Source of the DNA: Eledone cirrhosa
Lineage: Eukaryota
Assembly (NCBI GenBank): GCA_964016885.1
Contig: OZ024740.1
Coordinates: 149,234,001 to 149,298,000, forward strand
Length of the DNA stretch: 64,000 nucleotides
Direction: 5' to 3'
The translations under genes were made by a program, and so were the position numbers. Position 1 is the first letter of the stretch; each line of letters begins with the position of its first letter. This document shows positions 1 to 13,467 of the stretch, piece after piece. Below the pieces are notes generated by a model that saw nothing but the letters and a program-made list of their open reading frames with translations, made no database searches and was not told where the DNA came from.

Positions 1-363
1 AACTTACATACTATTCATACATAATTCATTGCACTCAACATATAAGTTAGACAGATCTCTTATGTTAATAAATTAATCTTATATATATCCAATGTTATCA
101 CTCCATACATATACATACAATTGCATATATAATTCATTGTCGAATCTGGTATTTAAAGCTGTAAGTGAATAAATGCTTTGAACATAGCTTTGATTCTTGT
201 GAATTCTATATAACTGCTCAGTAGAACAATTGATGTTATTACATTGAGCTATTTATCTTACTGGTAATAAGGTAGTAATAAATTACTGACCTTCACTGTT
301 TAGGGTTTAAAATATACATAACTATAAAAAGTTTTAGTATATACATAACCATAAATAGTATCC

Positions 364-493
<130 letters not shown>

Positions 494-520
494 ACAGACG
501 TACAGTAGTATGTATATATA

Positions 521-1208
521 TCCCGAATTAAGCCGTACAGTGTTCGGCAACCATCGTTGCCCTTTTGTTCAATACTGACAAAGGAAAGATGAACTAGTTT
601 CAAGCTTATTAGCTATCGTCAGCATCGTATACCTTCCTGTCAGATGATTGAACGTTTGAAAGTATATACTTTCCTTATGCATATTAAAGGCTGAGCAGCC
701 TAATTTGCATATAGAGTCAGTTAGTCGGTCGGGCGTACCGAAAACGATAAATGGAAAAGAATGAAATGAAATGAAATTTCTCACTCTTAATACGGCTGAT
801 ACTTAAATGTAAGTACGTATACGTACATACATATATGTATACAGACGTACAGTAGTATGTATATATATACATGCACACATATATATATATGTACGTATGG
901 GGTTACCGAACATTTATTATAATGTTCGGTTTGTTTGTAAACTAGTTCATCGTTCCTTTGTCAGTGTTGAACAAAAGGGCAACGATGGTTTCCGAACACT
1001 GTACGACTTAATTCGGGATGTTTGTTTACAAACAAACCGAACATTATAATAAATGTTCGGTAAACCCATACGTACATATATATATGTGTGCATGTATGTA
1101 TATATATATACATACTACTGTACGTCTGTATACATATATGTATGTACGTATACATACTTACATTTAAGTATCAGCCGTACTAAGAGTGTGAAATTTCATT
1201 TCATTTCA
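521..1208. repeat. Nested inverted-repeat element between (TA)n tracts, probably a Penelope pLTR-derived fold-back
   Basis: 762-940 is the reverse complement of ~1025-1208; the spacer 941-1018 is the reverse complement of 521-598. AATAAA follows at ~1217. The Penelope origin is inferred from the similar structures nearby. Confidence 0.6.
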
Positions 1209-1267
1209 GTACTTTAAATAAAGCCCTTATTGTACAGCCAACCATGTTACACTTCTTTCTTTAACTA

Positions 1268-1356
<89 letters not shown>

Positions 1357-1358
<2 letters not shown>

Positions 1359-1423
1359 GCGTCTTTCGCTGTCTGTTGATTTGAATATCTGATATTCAAA
1401 TCAACAGACAGCGAAAGACGCGT
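1357..1423. repeat. Perfect 67-bp palindrome (33-bp arms, 1-nt centre)
   Basis: ACGCGTCTTTCGCTGTCTGTTGATTTGAATATC-T-GATATTCAAATCAACAGACAGCGAAAGACGCGT. Confidence 0.95.
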
Positions 1424-1762
1424 TCCGAGTTGTCCGACAGACAACCTTTTCCCCCACCCCGGAAAAAACCCCAGTTGATGGATGTGAATCCGAAATATAT
1501 AGGGACTATTAAATCTCTCCCAAGGTAACTCTCTCTCTTGTGTTGTTATTATTATTTTTATTCTTTTACTCTTCCCTTCATTCTACACATCTCACACATC
1601 TTATACACACCACGCATCTCAACGTACACCCACTTACATATCTCTCTCTCTCTACCACCGGACCTTGTTACCCGGAGATTTACCCATTTGCATTGTCGAG
1701 GCTTCCAAACGACTTATAAATATTTACTTATTGTTCCACAATGCTTCAAGCAAACTTCAATA

Positions 1763-1819
<57 letters not shown>

Positions 1820-1823
<4 letters not shown>

Positions 1824-2643
1824 ATACTTTGGGAGGGTCATGTTGCCAATAAAAACACACGCACCTCTGGGTTTTCACTTCAATTTCCGGTTGGTTGGTT
1901 CGATAACCGGAAGGTTGTTTATATATCGTCAAAGCTCTTTCCTCATACATTCTACGACCTCCTCATTGATTAGGCTTTTATTTTCTGTGTCTCTCCTTTG
2001 TTCTATCCTGTACCGTCTTGCTTTTGTGTGCTGTGTGGTGTGTGCTTAGTTTGCGCATGTGTTACACCCGGGTGTGTGTGTGGGTCTGATTTGCTTTGTT
2101 AGTTTGTGTTCTGTGTGTCTTCATTTTGTCCTTAATTACTAGCTGTGATATTGCTATTCCACTCATGTTTTCTGTTTAATTTTGGTTGGAGTTCGTTTAT
2201 ATGTGTTGCCTCTGTGATTTGCCTGGCCATTGCATCATTTCTGTGTGTGGATATAATTTTTATCTCTATGTTCTCTAATGTGCCCCTATGTTCTATTTTC
2301 GTATGTTGGTGGAATACGGATGAGTTTTTCCCATCCTGGATTTCTCGCTAGTGTTCACTTATCATTTCTCCTATGCTATGGGCTGTTTCACCTATGTATG
2401 TTATATTCTTATTCCTACAATGTCAATCAGTACATCTTATGCTGTACATCTACGTTCATCTACGTTCCTAGTTTTGCAGTTAATTTGAGATCACAGAATG
2501 TGTGACGAAAGAGCTTTGACAATATATAAACAGCCTTACTGTTATCGAACCAACCAACCATTTGGAAATTTATAATAAATTGAAGTGAAAACAAACAGGT
2601 TCGTTTGTTTTTATTGGCAACATGACTCTCCCAAAGCATAACA
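1820..2643 (-). mobile_element. 5'-truncated Penelope-like element (GIY-YIG C-terminal remnant) with inverted terminal copies
   Basis: Minus strand ~2160-2450 reads YSIRCTD*HC..ITYIGETAHSIGEMISEH...DAMARQITEATHINELQPKLNRKHEWNS (one frameshift, stops). 1820-1953 and 2495-2643 are inverted repeats. Confidence 0.7.
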
Positions 2644-2707
2644 CTATCTGTTTCAACAAACATTTTCAGATAAGAAATCTCGCAAAACAAATTCAAAAAC
2701 GAATTAT

Positions 2708-2759
<52 letters not shown>

Positions 2760-2843
2760 GATGTATACATGATGTATACATGAATGTATGTATAGTATAT
2801 TTGGCAATATACCGTATATACCGTATATACTATACATGCATTC

Positions 2844-2877
<34 letters not shown>

Positions 2878-3719
2878 TTATGTATGTATGTATATGGATG
2901 GTAAGGATCGATCTTCTAACACCTTTTTTACTCTTAGATCTTCTTTTGTAATAGCGCCTATATAATTATACAAACACGCATATTATGTGGATACATTTAT
3001 CTAGACATTTTCTTCAAAAGATTGATGTTTTAGTAAAAAGACATTCCTAACATCAGCATCCTTTTTTCAAAGACTACATCTTCCTTTTTTAAAAACTATT
3101 GTGTGGTTGAGAAACATTTAGGTGCCATTTCTAGCAGGCTGAAAATCTATACAGCAACTCTCTTGTTACTCTATCTATGACGAATGTCTCCCCAGAATGT
3201 CATTCACAATTTTAGTTATGAGAAATATTTTATATCTCATTTTGATATTCCGATTAATTCAAATTCCTGTATAAACTGCACAATTTCAAAATCAAGTTTT
3301 AATGGAAAAATCAAATGTTAAACAATATTTTAAACGACATCATTACAATATTAGAATAATCGCTCTAAATGTTGAAGACGATGAGTATCATTGCTCATAA
3401 ATAAGTGTGAATTCTTGTTATGCAACTCAAATAGGTGTAACTATTGTTGAAAACTATGTTCTTTGATCATTTGTTATTGCATTTCTTCGTTATCCTTTAA
3501 TGTCCAAATATAGGTTCAAAATTAATTTCTCAGTATAATTAATCGTATAATTTCTCAGTATAATTAATCTGAACTATGACCCATTATGAAGTTTTGCCCA
3601 TACACAACGAGAGTACCAGGAATGATTACCTCAGGTGTGTAAAGAAAATATGGTCATCAGATCTCTCAGCGTACAACAAGTACCTTTCCCATAATCATTT
3701 TTCTGTACCCATCCTAACA

Positions 3720-3907
3720 ATTTTGGAGGAGGGAAAAGTCGATTAAATCGACCCCAGTGCATGACTGGTACTTATTTTATCGACCTCGTAAGGATGAAAG
3801 GCAAAGTTAACCTCGGCGGGATTTGAACTCAGATCATAAAGGGCCGTAACTCTATGCTGCAAAGCATGGCGTCCGGCGCTCTACCGATACTGCTAATCCA
3901 CCACCCT
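3720..3907 (-). mobile_element. tRNA-derived SINE (family A; further copies ~13725-13890 -, 16600-16700 -, 17775-17990 -, 45862-45975 -, 50330-50567 -)
   Basis: Minus strand has an A-box-like TAGCAGTATCGG and a B box GAGTTCAAATCC, followed by the shared body GAGGTTAACTTTGCCTTTCATCC...CGATAAAATAAGTACCAGT that recurs across the window. Confidence 0.85.
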
Positions 3908-4649
3908 TAGATATGAAAATAATGAGATATAACTATGTCATCATTATTCTGAATTATCATATTCGAATACGTTTGGACATGTGTACATATTAACAAGTCA
4001 AATTTATTTTTTTCTAAAGCATCAATATTTTGAACAAAATTTGTAAATTAATCAGCAAGAAGCTCGAACATGAAACATATACATGAAAGGTAAGAAAGTA
4101 GATGAAATTTCAACAATTACTTTCATATCACATCATTAAATATATAAGTAATCTTACTTTAGTAACAGTTTAAAATAAACTTTGGCAAAAACACCATTTC
4201 TTTTAATATCTAACCATTTGCACTTTTGTGTGTATGAGTAGAAATACATTGCTAAAACCACATAAAGCTTTTCACAACACGTTTGATATTTTAAAAATAA
4301 CTTCCTATGCACAGCATTCATGACTGTTCAATTATCAGCAAATAGACATGAGCCCTAAGTAATCCAACTGGGAATTCTTCCTGAAGTTGATAAGATATAT
4401 TCAAAACATTAATTAAATCCCTAAAAAGTTAACTCACGTAACAGCTTTGTATAGCGTGCTAGTCAGTTATTTGATTCAGTCTCTATGCCGTGCATTGATA
4501 GAGATAGTAACAAAACAAAAAAAAACGAAAGAAAATTCGATGAAATGCGTATAGTGCTTTTTCTTACCTCACAAATTACATGTTAGGTTTTGGAAGTATG
4601 AATTTGGCAACTTTTAACTTTTAAGAGATAAAGAGAGAAACAGTGAGAA

Positions 4650-4783
<134 letters not shown>

Positions 4784-5453
4784 CATAATGAATATCTATA
4801 TTTCTGGAAACAGACAGAAAACATTTATATATACATAAATTTATAGATACTCTTATGAAATTGATTGCATACTTGCCTCACATACAACCATATTTACGTA
4901 CATAAAAGCTCACACTTATTTTAACACATGTGCTCGCTCACATACATCCATGAGTACATATATATATGTGTGTGTGTGAGCTTGTCTATTTGCGTGTGTG
5001 GTGGTGGTGGTGGTGGGTCTTCTTTTATGTTTTGTGTATGTTGTTACATATATATACTATTTTCACTTTCGCTTAATCATTTGACGATGAGATGAATTTA
5101 CCATATGATTTTTACTTTAGCAGATATAATTCTTTTGTAAAATTAAAGAAAATTACGAGATTTTCTATTAACTTTATTTCAATCATTTTTGTCACACCAT
5201 CGTAATTTTCTACACATTTCTCTTCTATTTTATTTTCCTATTTATTTATTACATTTTTATATAGTGTTTATTTCGCAGTACAATTTTATCAAAGCGCTAC
5301 ATATTTATAAAAGAAAGCAAAGTCGATTAAATAGCTCTGGCACTTGTGTGATACTTATTATATCTAATCCGTGATTGAAAGGCATGGTTGAATTTGAACA
5401 CAGCGTGGAAGGGATGTAGTTAAATATCACAAATACTCAAACCAGCTCCTCCA

Positions 5454-6277
5454 TCTATTTTACTTAGTAATACATAAATGGCAATTTCTGTCTTTGTGTG
5501 TTTGTTTGTGAACCTAAAATTCAAAAACTACCAAACCGATCTTGATGAAACTTGACACGTGTGTGGGGCTCATGCCCATTCGATTCCTTACGTATATTTC
5601 ATTTTAATCAAAGGGTTTCCCGGGTGCTCAAACTCCCGCTGAAAATCCCCGCTGAAAATCTTTTCCCTTCGATTAATATGAAATTTAAACTATAGGTAAA
5701 TGACAAGATATGATGTCTATTTACAAACTTTCAGCAAATTTAAATAATATTAAGACACCCTAAGAGGGTTAAACCCCCTATAGTGAAAATTTCGGCCAAT
5801 AAATGGAACAAGATTTCAAGAACTCCTCCTATGGTTTTGGAGATAGACCCCCCCCCCCCCCACAACCATATATATTCTGAAACTACATTGCCCAGGGTAC
5901 TTAGATAAGTATATTTCATTTTAATTAAAGGGTTCCCCGGGAGCACAAAACCTCGCTGAAAACCCCCGCTGAAAATATTTTCCTTTCGATTTATATGAAA
6001 TTTAAACCATAGTTAAATGACAAGATATGGTGCCTATTGACAAAAGTTTTGAATTGATATTTTGAAAAAAATTATTTACAAAAAACAAAATAAGAATAAG
6101 ATTTAATAATGTAATTTTGATTTGATATATTACCAAAAATAGTGTTTTGCAAATTTTCATGCATTACATTTTACATTGAGTAATATTGAAATGCAGAGTT
6201 TTTCTCCATAAATTATATCACTGATTTAAAATCAATCATCATTTTCTTACAAAGCAAGGCGCGGGTAATTCGGCTAG
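5454..6277 (+). mobile_element. Non-autonomous Helitron-like element
   Basis: Termini A|TC...CTAG|T with a GC-rich subterminal GGCGCGGG; 5' (TTTG)n and AAACCGATCTTGATGAAACT motif typical of non-autonomous Helitrons; internal diverged duplication ~5590-5730/5908-6045. Confidence 0.6.
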
Positions 6278-7270
6278 TTAATAATAAGATTCGAATGGTA
6301 TGATAAATTTTTGATTAATACAATTGAGTAACCAATTCCACATCTTTCATGCACTCTATTTACAATTAGTTAAGAAGCTCTAGTGAGAATATTTCATTGA
6401 TATATGATTGTGTCATGGTTCTACTAATAGAGATGTGGTTTGACAATTCTGTTCATAAAAGAGGTGTTGTGAAATTGTCATAAAGAGATTAGGCCGCAAT
6501 TAGCTACTCTTGAGTAGAGATGTCTATGGAGATATCATACACGTTTGGGTGACTATAGTTATTACTAATACCACATTTGTGTGTGTTACGAAAAATGAAT
6601 ATCTGGAAACATCCATAAATATTAGTCTCTCTGTGAAACTAGACCGATGAGAGACGTTTTAGGAACTTGAGATAAGGATCAAACCGATCGGTCTCATTGT
6701 TATTTAACAATTTATCAGCACACGACCACCTCTTCCAAACTCAATCAACCGTAACAACGAACACGTTGTTAATATAGTAAACCCATAGGCAACAGTTTAG
6801 TTTTGAAGTAAATACTTATTTTTTCCCAAGCCAAAATTGGATTTGTATATATTACTCGTACTTACTTTATTAAACCAGGAATAGATGAGAGATAAAAATC
6901 GATGTGATACAAAATTAACTAAGAAACATGGAACGCAAAACTTGAACCGGCAGACTAATTTAATATCTTTACTGCCTGTTTCATCTTTCCGTTCATCAAT
7001 TCTATCATGTCTTATATTACTGGTACAAGCGGTAAAGAATCGGACTAAATGCCATGAGGTATTTTGGTTATTTTACATTCTGCTGTCAAACCACCCATTG
7101 ATCACATTCGTAAGTACATGTATAATTTTGGGATTAATAAAATAAGTACATACATTATATTGGATTTAATAAATTGATTACATCTCTCCTCTCGGATTCA
7201 TAGACTTATATATACATACATATATATATAATATATATATATACATACATATATATATACATACATACAT

Positions 7271-7874
7271 GGTGGCTGCCAACTCGTTTTCGAGTACGGC
7301 CACTACTTTATATCCATGTAGGAGAACGCCTACCGATGCGCTGACGAGTATGACTTTTTAGTCCAGCCAGCGACTTGAAAACTCTGGTACAAACACTACA
7401 CTTGTGACAATTATTGACACAGTGCTGGGCCCATGGTGCCATGTGACGACAAATGCAGAGAGATCTCCAGATATAAAGCAATGCCTGTGCCGTGAAGCTT
7501 TTATAGTGAGAAAAGGCACTGCACAAAGCCAGTCCCACTCTCTTAACCAAGATGATATTTACCAAAAAGAAGAACAAGTCAACATCATTGGATACCATCA
7601 GGGTTGCAGGTGTTATATCAGAGTTTTCCTTCTCCTAGAATTCTGCCCTGACAAAGGCTAAGGGGTCATCTCTCCCGGTGATTTTGGATGGCCATTGACT
7701 CTTAAGAGCTCCTTTGCCTTTTGACAGGTTTTGTTTTTAGTCCTGCAGGATGTCCAAAGTCACCCTCCTCACCAAGAAACCTTGGTGGGGTTGCCAGTTT
7801 AGTCGCCAACGACCCGACCATGGGACAGGTTGTACTGGAATACATGTTACCAGTAGCAGCAACTGGTGACCTAA
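7271..7874 (-). mobile_element. Non-autonomous RTE-derived bipartite element, copy 1, with (TATG)n tail
   Basis: Minus strand has the RTE-type 5'UTR motif CTAGGAGAAGGAAAACTCTGA and a 3' C2H2-like remnant HKCSVCTRVFKSLAGLKSH. It ends CGAGTTGGCAGCCACC-(ATGT)n and has no RT. Confidence 0.65.
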
Positions 7875-7945
7875 CATACATACATACATACATACATACA
7901 TACATACATACATACATACATACATACATACATACATACATACAT

Positions 7946-8554
7946 GGTGGCTGCCAACTCGTTTTCGAGTACGGACACTACTTTATATCCATGTAGGAGA
8001 ACCCCTACCGATGCGCTGAACGAGTGTGACATTTTAGTCTAGCCAGCGACTTGAAAACTCTGGTACAAACACTACACCTGTGACAATTATTGACACATAG
8101 TGCTGGGCCCATGGTACCATGTGACGACAAGTGCAGAGAGATCTCCAGATATAAAGCAATGCCTCTGCCGTGAAGCTTTTATAGTGAGCAAAGGCACTGC
8201 ATAAAGCCAGTCCCACTCTCTTAACCAAGATGATATTTACCAAAAAGAAGAAGTCAACATCATTGGATACCATCAGGGTTGCAGGTGTTATATCATAGTT
8301 TTCCTTCTCCTAGAATTCTGCCTTGACAAAGGCTAAGGTATAATCTCTCCCGGTGATTTTGGATGGTAATTGACACTTAAGAGCTCCTTTGCCCTTTGAC
8401 AGGTTTTGTTTTTAGTCCTGCAGGATGTCCAAAGTCATCCTCCTCACCATGAAACCTTGGTGGGGTTGCCAGTTTATTCGCCAACGACCCGACTATGAGA
8501 CAGGTTGTACTGGGATACATATTACCAGTAGCACCAACTTGTGACCTGACCTGA
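7946..8554 (-). mobile_element. Non-autonomous RTE-derived bipartite element, copy 2 (tandem)
   Basis: Highly similar copy of 7271-7874, separated and flanked by (ACAT)n. Confidence 0.65.
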
Positions 8555-8620
8555 CATACATACATACATACAAACATACATACATACATACATACATACA
8601 TACATACATACATACATACA

Positions 8621-8656
<36 letters not shown>

Positions 8657-8657
8657 T

Positions 8658-9673
<1,016 letters not shown>

Positions 9674-9723
9674 GTATAGTGACGAAACATAAGTCAATAG
9701 CATGAACTCATAATCCTTTATTT

Positions 9724-9779
9724 ACTGCTATATATATTTCGATGATAGCCATTGAATGGCTATGACCTCATCAGGCAGT
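9724..9779 (-). ncRNA. Type I hammerhead ribozyme (canonical core)
   Basis: actgc-CTGATGA-ggtcatagcca(ttcaa)tggctatcatc-GAAA-tatata-TA-gcagt, followed by AATAAA. Confidence 0.88.
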
Positions 9780-11108
9780 TATTCAGTTCTTAGATATGCC
9801 AGCCCTGTGTTTATGGTGTTGATGGTATCAGAGCCTTGGGACATATGAGCTTGTTAGGAATAATTTACTGTTGTCAGCAGGAATAGTCTTAATTCTCATT
9901 GGTCAGTTTGTAGATGGTAGTAGGATTGGTATTTGACCTCAAAGAGGCAGGTGGTGTTGTAAAGTTCAAACCGTCAGGCAAGATGACAATAGTTCCATAT
10001 GACTGATTTTCACAAAAAGCATTCCTGGTCAGATGTATTTTCAATTAAGGTTAATAGTATGAAATAGATACTACAGGTCATTCTTAAATTGAGGAAAGTA
10101 TGTGGAGTGGTGCTACTGAAAATTATGGTTAGAGTAGAAAATTTACAAATAAAAAATTTACAAATAAAAAGACTTATGTAGGTTGGCTTGCACATACACT
10201 CACACCCACCTCTACAGACACACACACACATCCACACATACAAATTGAGGAATTAATGTGGGGTGGTAATACTTAAAATAATGGTTAGAGTCAAATACTT
10301 AGATAGTTTAGAAAATTTAGAAATAAAAGGCTTATGTTGGTTGACTTGTACATACACTCACACCTATCCCCTCAGACGCACACACATCTACACACACAAA
10401 TCCATACAGGTGTTTATATATATATGTGTACGCACAGGTACACATATATATACAACAGAGGCCTCCATATCCAAGTATAAGGCAGACATAAAACTAGGTG
10501 GGTGTTATTTTTAAAAGAAAAGTAAAGTGGGTGTTTGGAAAAGATATTGTTTAGACTAGACAAAAGTAGAGTGTGATATATATCTTCACAGCAATAGCTT
10601 GGGGGATTTGGAGCTTAGGCGAATCCCTTAGTACAGACGTATATACCCACCCACACTTTTATACTTCTGGATGCGCGTGTATATCTATATACACATGTGC
10701 ACTCATACAAGAGAGTATATACAAATATACTCTTAAGCATACACTCGAACATTTATCAATCCAACCTGGGGTATTAGTATTATGTTCGTTCACATGAGTG
10801 TGTACATTCACGCAGTCCCAGTATACACACACAATGCACGGTTGCGGGCACTCATTCATGCGTATAGGGTTAGTACCTTGGGATAATTGTTCTTCCTGTG
10901 TGGGCCGCTCCCGGGAGGGGGGGGGGTCCTCAGGTTCAATAAATCGTGGTTTTGATGACTCCTAACCAGTAGAGGATGCGGTGGACCATGCACCATAGGG
11001 ACCACAAACTATGGGTGGTTGTTGTTGTCCATTGGTCATTTGTACGGGGTCTAGGGGACCTACAGGGGGTGGGGGGGGGGGGGGCGTTGTGGGAGGCCTT
11101 AACCGGGT

Positions 11109-11609
11109 TTATCCATATAGCTTGAGGAAAGTTCCCGTCCTTAGGTGTCTGAAGGCACCGAATAAGTCGGCCCTTCTGTTTAATAGCTTGGTTCCGCCAT
11201 GAAGTATCTCGAGTGTCTCACTAAGACAGAGGTTGCAAATACCAGACCCGCCTCTGTCTGGGGAAACCTTTCTAACCACGGACCAGACCAGAGAGTGCGG
11301 GGTCTTTTCAAGTTTGAGCTTCCAGATCAATTCAGAAAGGGCCGGACATTTCCACTTATCTATTCTGTTAAAGGAATGGCGATGGTTATACCACCTATCT
11401 TTGAAGCTCGTCGCTGTGGATCCTATGTAGTGGTGCTCCGAGTTAGGGGTTGTGACCTTGCACCTGTAGACTACGTTTTTCGTCATGCATTCATTACTAA
11501 GGGGGCATAGTGATGGGTCTCTGCAATTACATGACTTCTTAAGCCCCACCCCATGTACCGCGTGGTTACCATCACTCAGGGTTGGCTGGGTGGCCTCCGC
11601 AATCAACAC
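11109..11609 (-). CDS. Penelope GIY-YIG endonuclease domain (fragment)
   Basis: CNCR..CPLSNECM..NVVYRCKV...YIGSTATSFKDRWYNH...CNLCLSE...LLNRR. Confidence 0.88.
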   Translation of the reverse strand: MLIAEATQPTLSDGNHAVHGVGLKKSCNCRDPSLCPLSNECMTKNVVYRCKVTTPNSEHHYIGSTATSFKDRWYNHRHSFNRIDKWKCPALSELIWKLKLEKTPHSLVWSVVRKVSPDRGGSGICNLCLSETLEILHGGTKLLNRRADLFGAFRHLRTGTFLKLYG

Positions 11610-11747
11610 AGGGTCGTTGGGTTCCGGTGTGCTAGTTGGGCCTGTCCGGGTTCTGGTGCGTCCCGCGTGCTGGTTCAGTTGGGTGGCTCCGGGGTTTACA
11701 GTGGTATTAGAGGCAGTGAGTCTATTCCTATTTATGCCAGCTATGTG

Positions 11748-12000
11748 CTAGGCTACGGGGCGTGTGGTTGAGTAGGAAAGTTTCACCGTGTGCCTGTTGA
11801 ATATTTTATGGAACTTGTGGGCCCTAGGGAAACATTTATCCAGTACTCTAAAGAATATTCTAGCCAGGCTGGTACGTAGACCCACCGAGTACGGAGGGTT
11901 ATACCATGTGACCTTCCTGGTCCTATTCTTACGGAGTTGTTGGGTGTCCGCCGTGATCCATCGCGTGGTTGTGCACAGCTCAGGTCGAGCTCGGTTGGTG
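11748..12000 (-). pseudogene. Penelope RT-thumb/linker fragment
   Basis: RKVTWYNPPYS...FFRVLDKCFP..HKIFNRHTVKLSYST; a stop codon separates it from the endonuclease ORF. Confidence 0.8.
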
Positions 12001-12396
12001 TCACTCAGGTGTGCAGAGCAGTCACTATCATGAGGGTTATATGGGCCCACCGTGGGGCTAAAAACCTGCGAGGTGCGGTCTCCCTGCTCAATTAGTGTTC
12101 GGCAGGTGGTGGGGCCGGTGCAGGGGTGCCTATGCTCCGCAGCACAGTGGTCTTCAGTGTTGTAGGTATTAGACCGGTGGGGTATGCGGGACATTCTACC
12201 GGGTGTGGTAACGGATAGGGGTCTGGGAGTGTTACTACTGGTCACCGAGGTATTAGGTGGGCGATTCATGCCCCTGAGGGTATTGGTCCGGGTACCCTTG
12301 GGTCATCTCGATCATGTCCCTTAGGGTTATAGCTGATCCTATGGCAGTGGGACGCCTTAGCTAGCGCTGAGTTATGGTAATCAGCGTTCCTATTGA

Positions 12397-12492
<96 letters not shown>

Positions 12493-12699
12493 ATACTTGG
12501 GGAGGGTCATATTTGTGTAATAATATTGCCAGAATTAATAACAGAACACATTTACTGTTTTGTTGGTTTTCGCTTCTGTGTCTTTTATATCGGTTAATTT
12601 AATTTATTCGGTCCTCAATGTTACCATTGACTGACCAACGGTCAAAAATACAGATACAATATAGATACAAACACATATATATAGTCTAACAAATACACA

Positions 12700-12730
<31 letters not shown>

Positions 12731-13311
12731 GTTGTTGGTAGAGTACTCAGTCCAAAGCACGAGTTCGGTATAGAATTAGTTCCACAACAAATTAGCAAAG
12801 AATACTCGAGGACGCGCGTTTCACTGGATGGATGTTCAACCCGTGTATAGCTGCGGTGAGAACGGAAGTATCTATGAGCTGACTGGATTCTGCGGGACAG
12901 ATGTTGGTAGTTTGCTGACAAACTTTTAGTTATTCTGTGTCGTGGGACAAGGTTAAAGCGTGTACTATTACGTAACTTCTGCAAAATATTCACTCTCTCA
13001 TCCATACACAGCTTACAGAATGTGTGTATATATATATGTGTGTGTGTATATGTGTATGTGTGTGTATGTGTGAACTTGTCTTGTACATCGTCTTTATTTA
13101 TTTCTTGCAGTTACTTCTATGCGCCAACAAACATCTCTTTGTCCTCTCAATCTTTTCTATATTTCAACTGCCTGTCACCCACCTCGTGGATTGTCTCGCG
13201 CTTCGCTGGATTCTGTCCTCTAAAGCATTTTTGCCCATCACTGTCATTGACAGCATTTGACTGTTTTAAAAGGTATTCTAGCAATGAGAATTCAAAGTTT
13301 TCAATTGATTC

Positions 13312-13467
<156 letters not shown>

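Larger units (their letters stand above)
9678..12395 (-). mobile_element. 5'-truncated Penelope-like retroelement
   Basis: Linker/endonuclease ORFs (11109-12269), long 3' region and terminal hammerhead + AATAAA; flanked by (TA)n on both sides. Confidence 0.85.

Noticed and set aside
6641-6694. Hammerhead-like agacc-GATGA...AAA-ccga-TC-ggtct
   Set aside because: The core lacks CT and the G of GAAA, and stem II does not pair; at most a decayed copy.
7720-7874. HDV-like ribozyme in the RTE-derived 5' end
   Set aside because: A GGTCACC/GGTGACT stem exists, but the L3 and P1.1 consensus is missing.
12488-13016. Possible solo LTR (TGT...ACA) containing ORF 12604-13005
   Set aside because: No TSD, PBS or second copy; the start resembles the 1820 element; the ORF has no recognisable motif.
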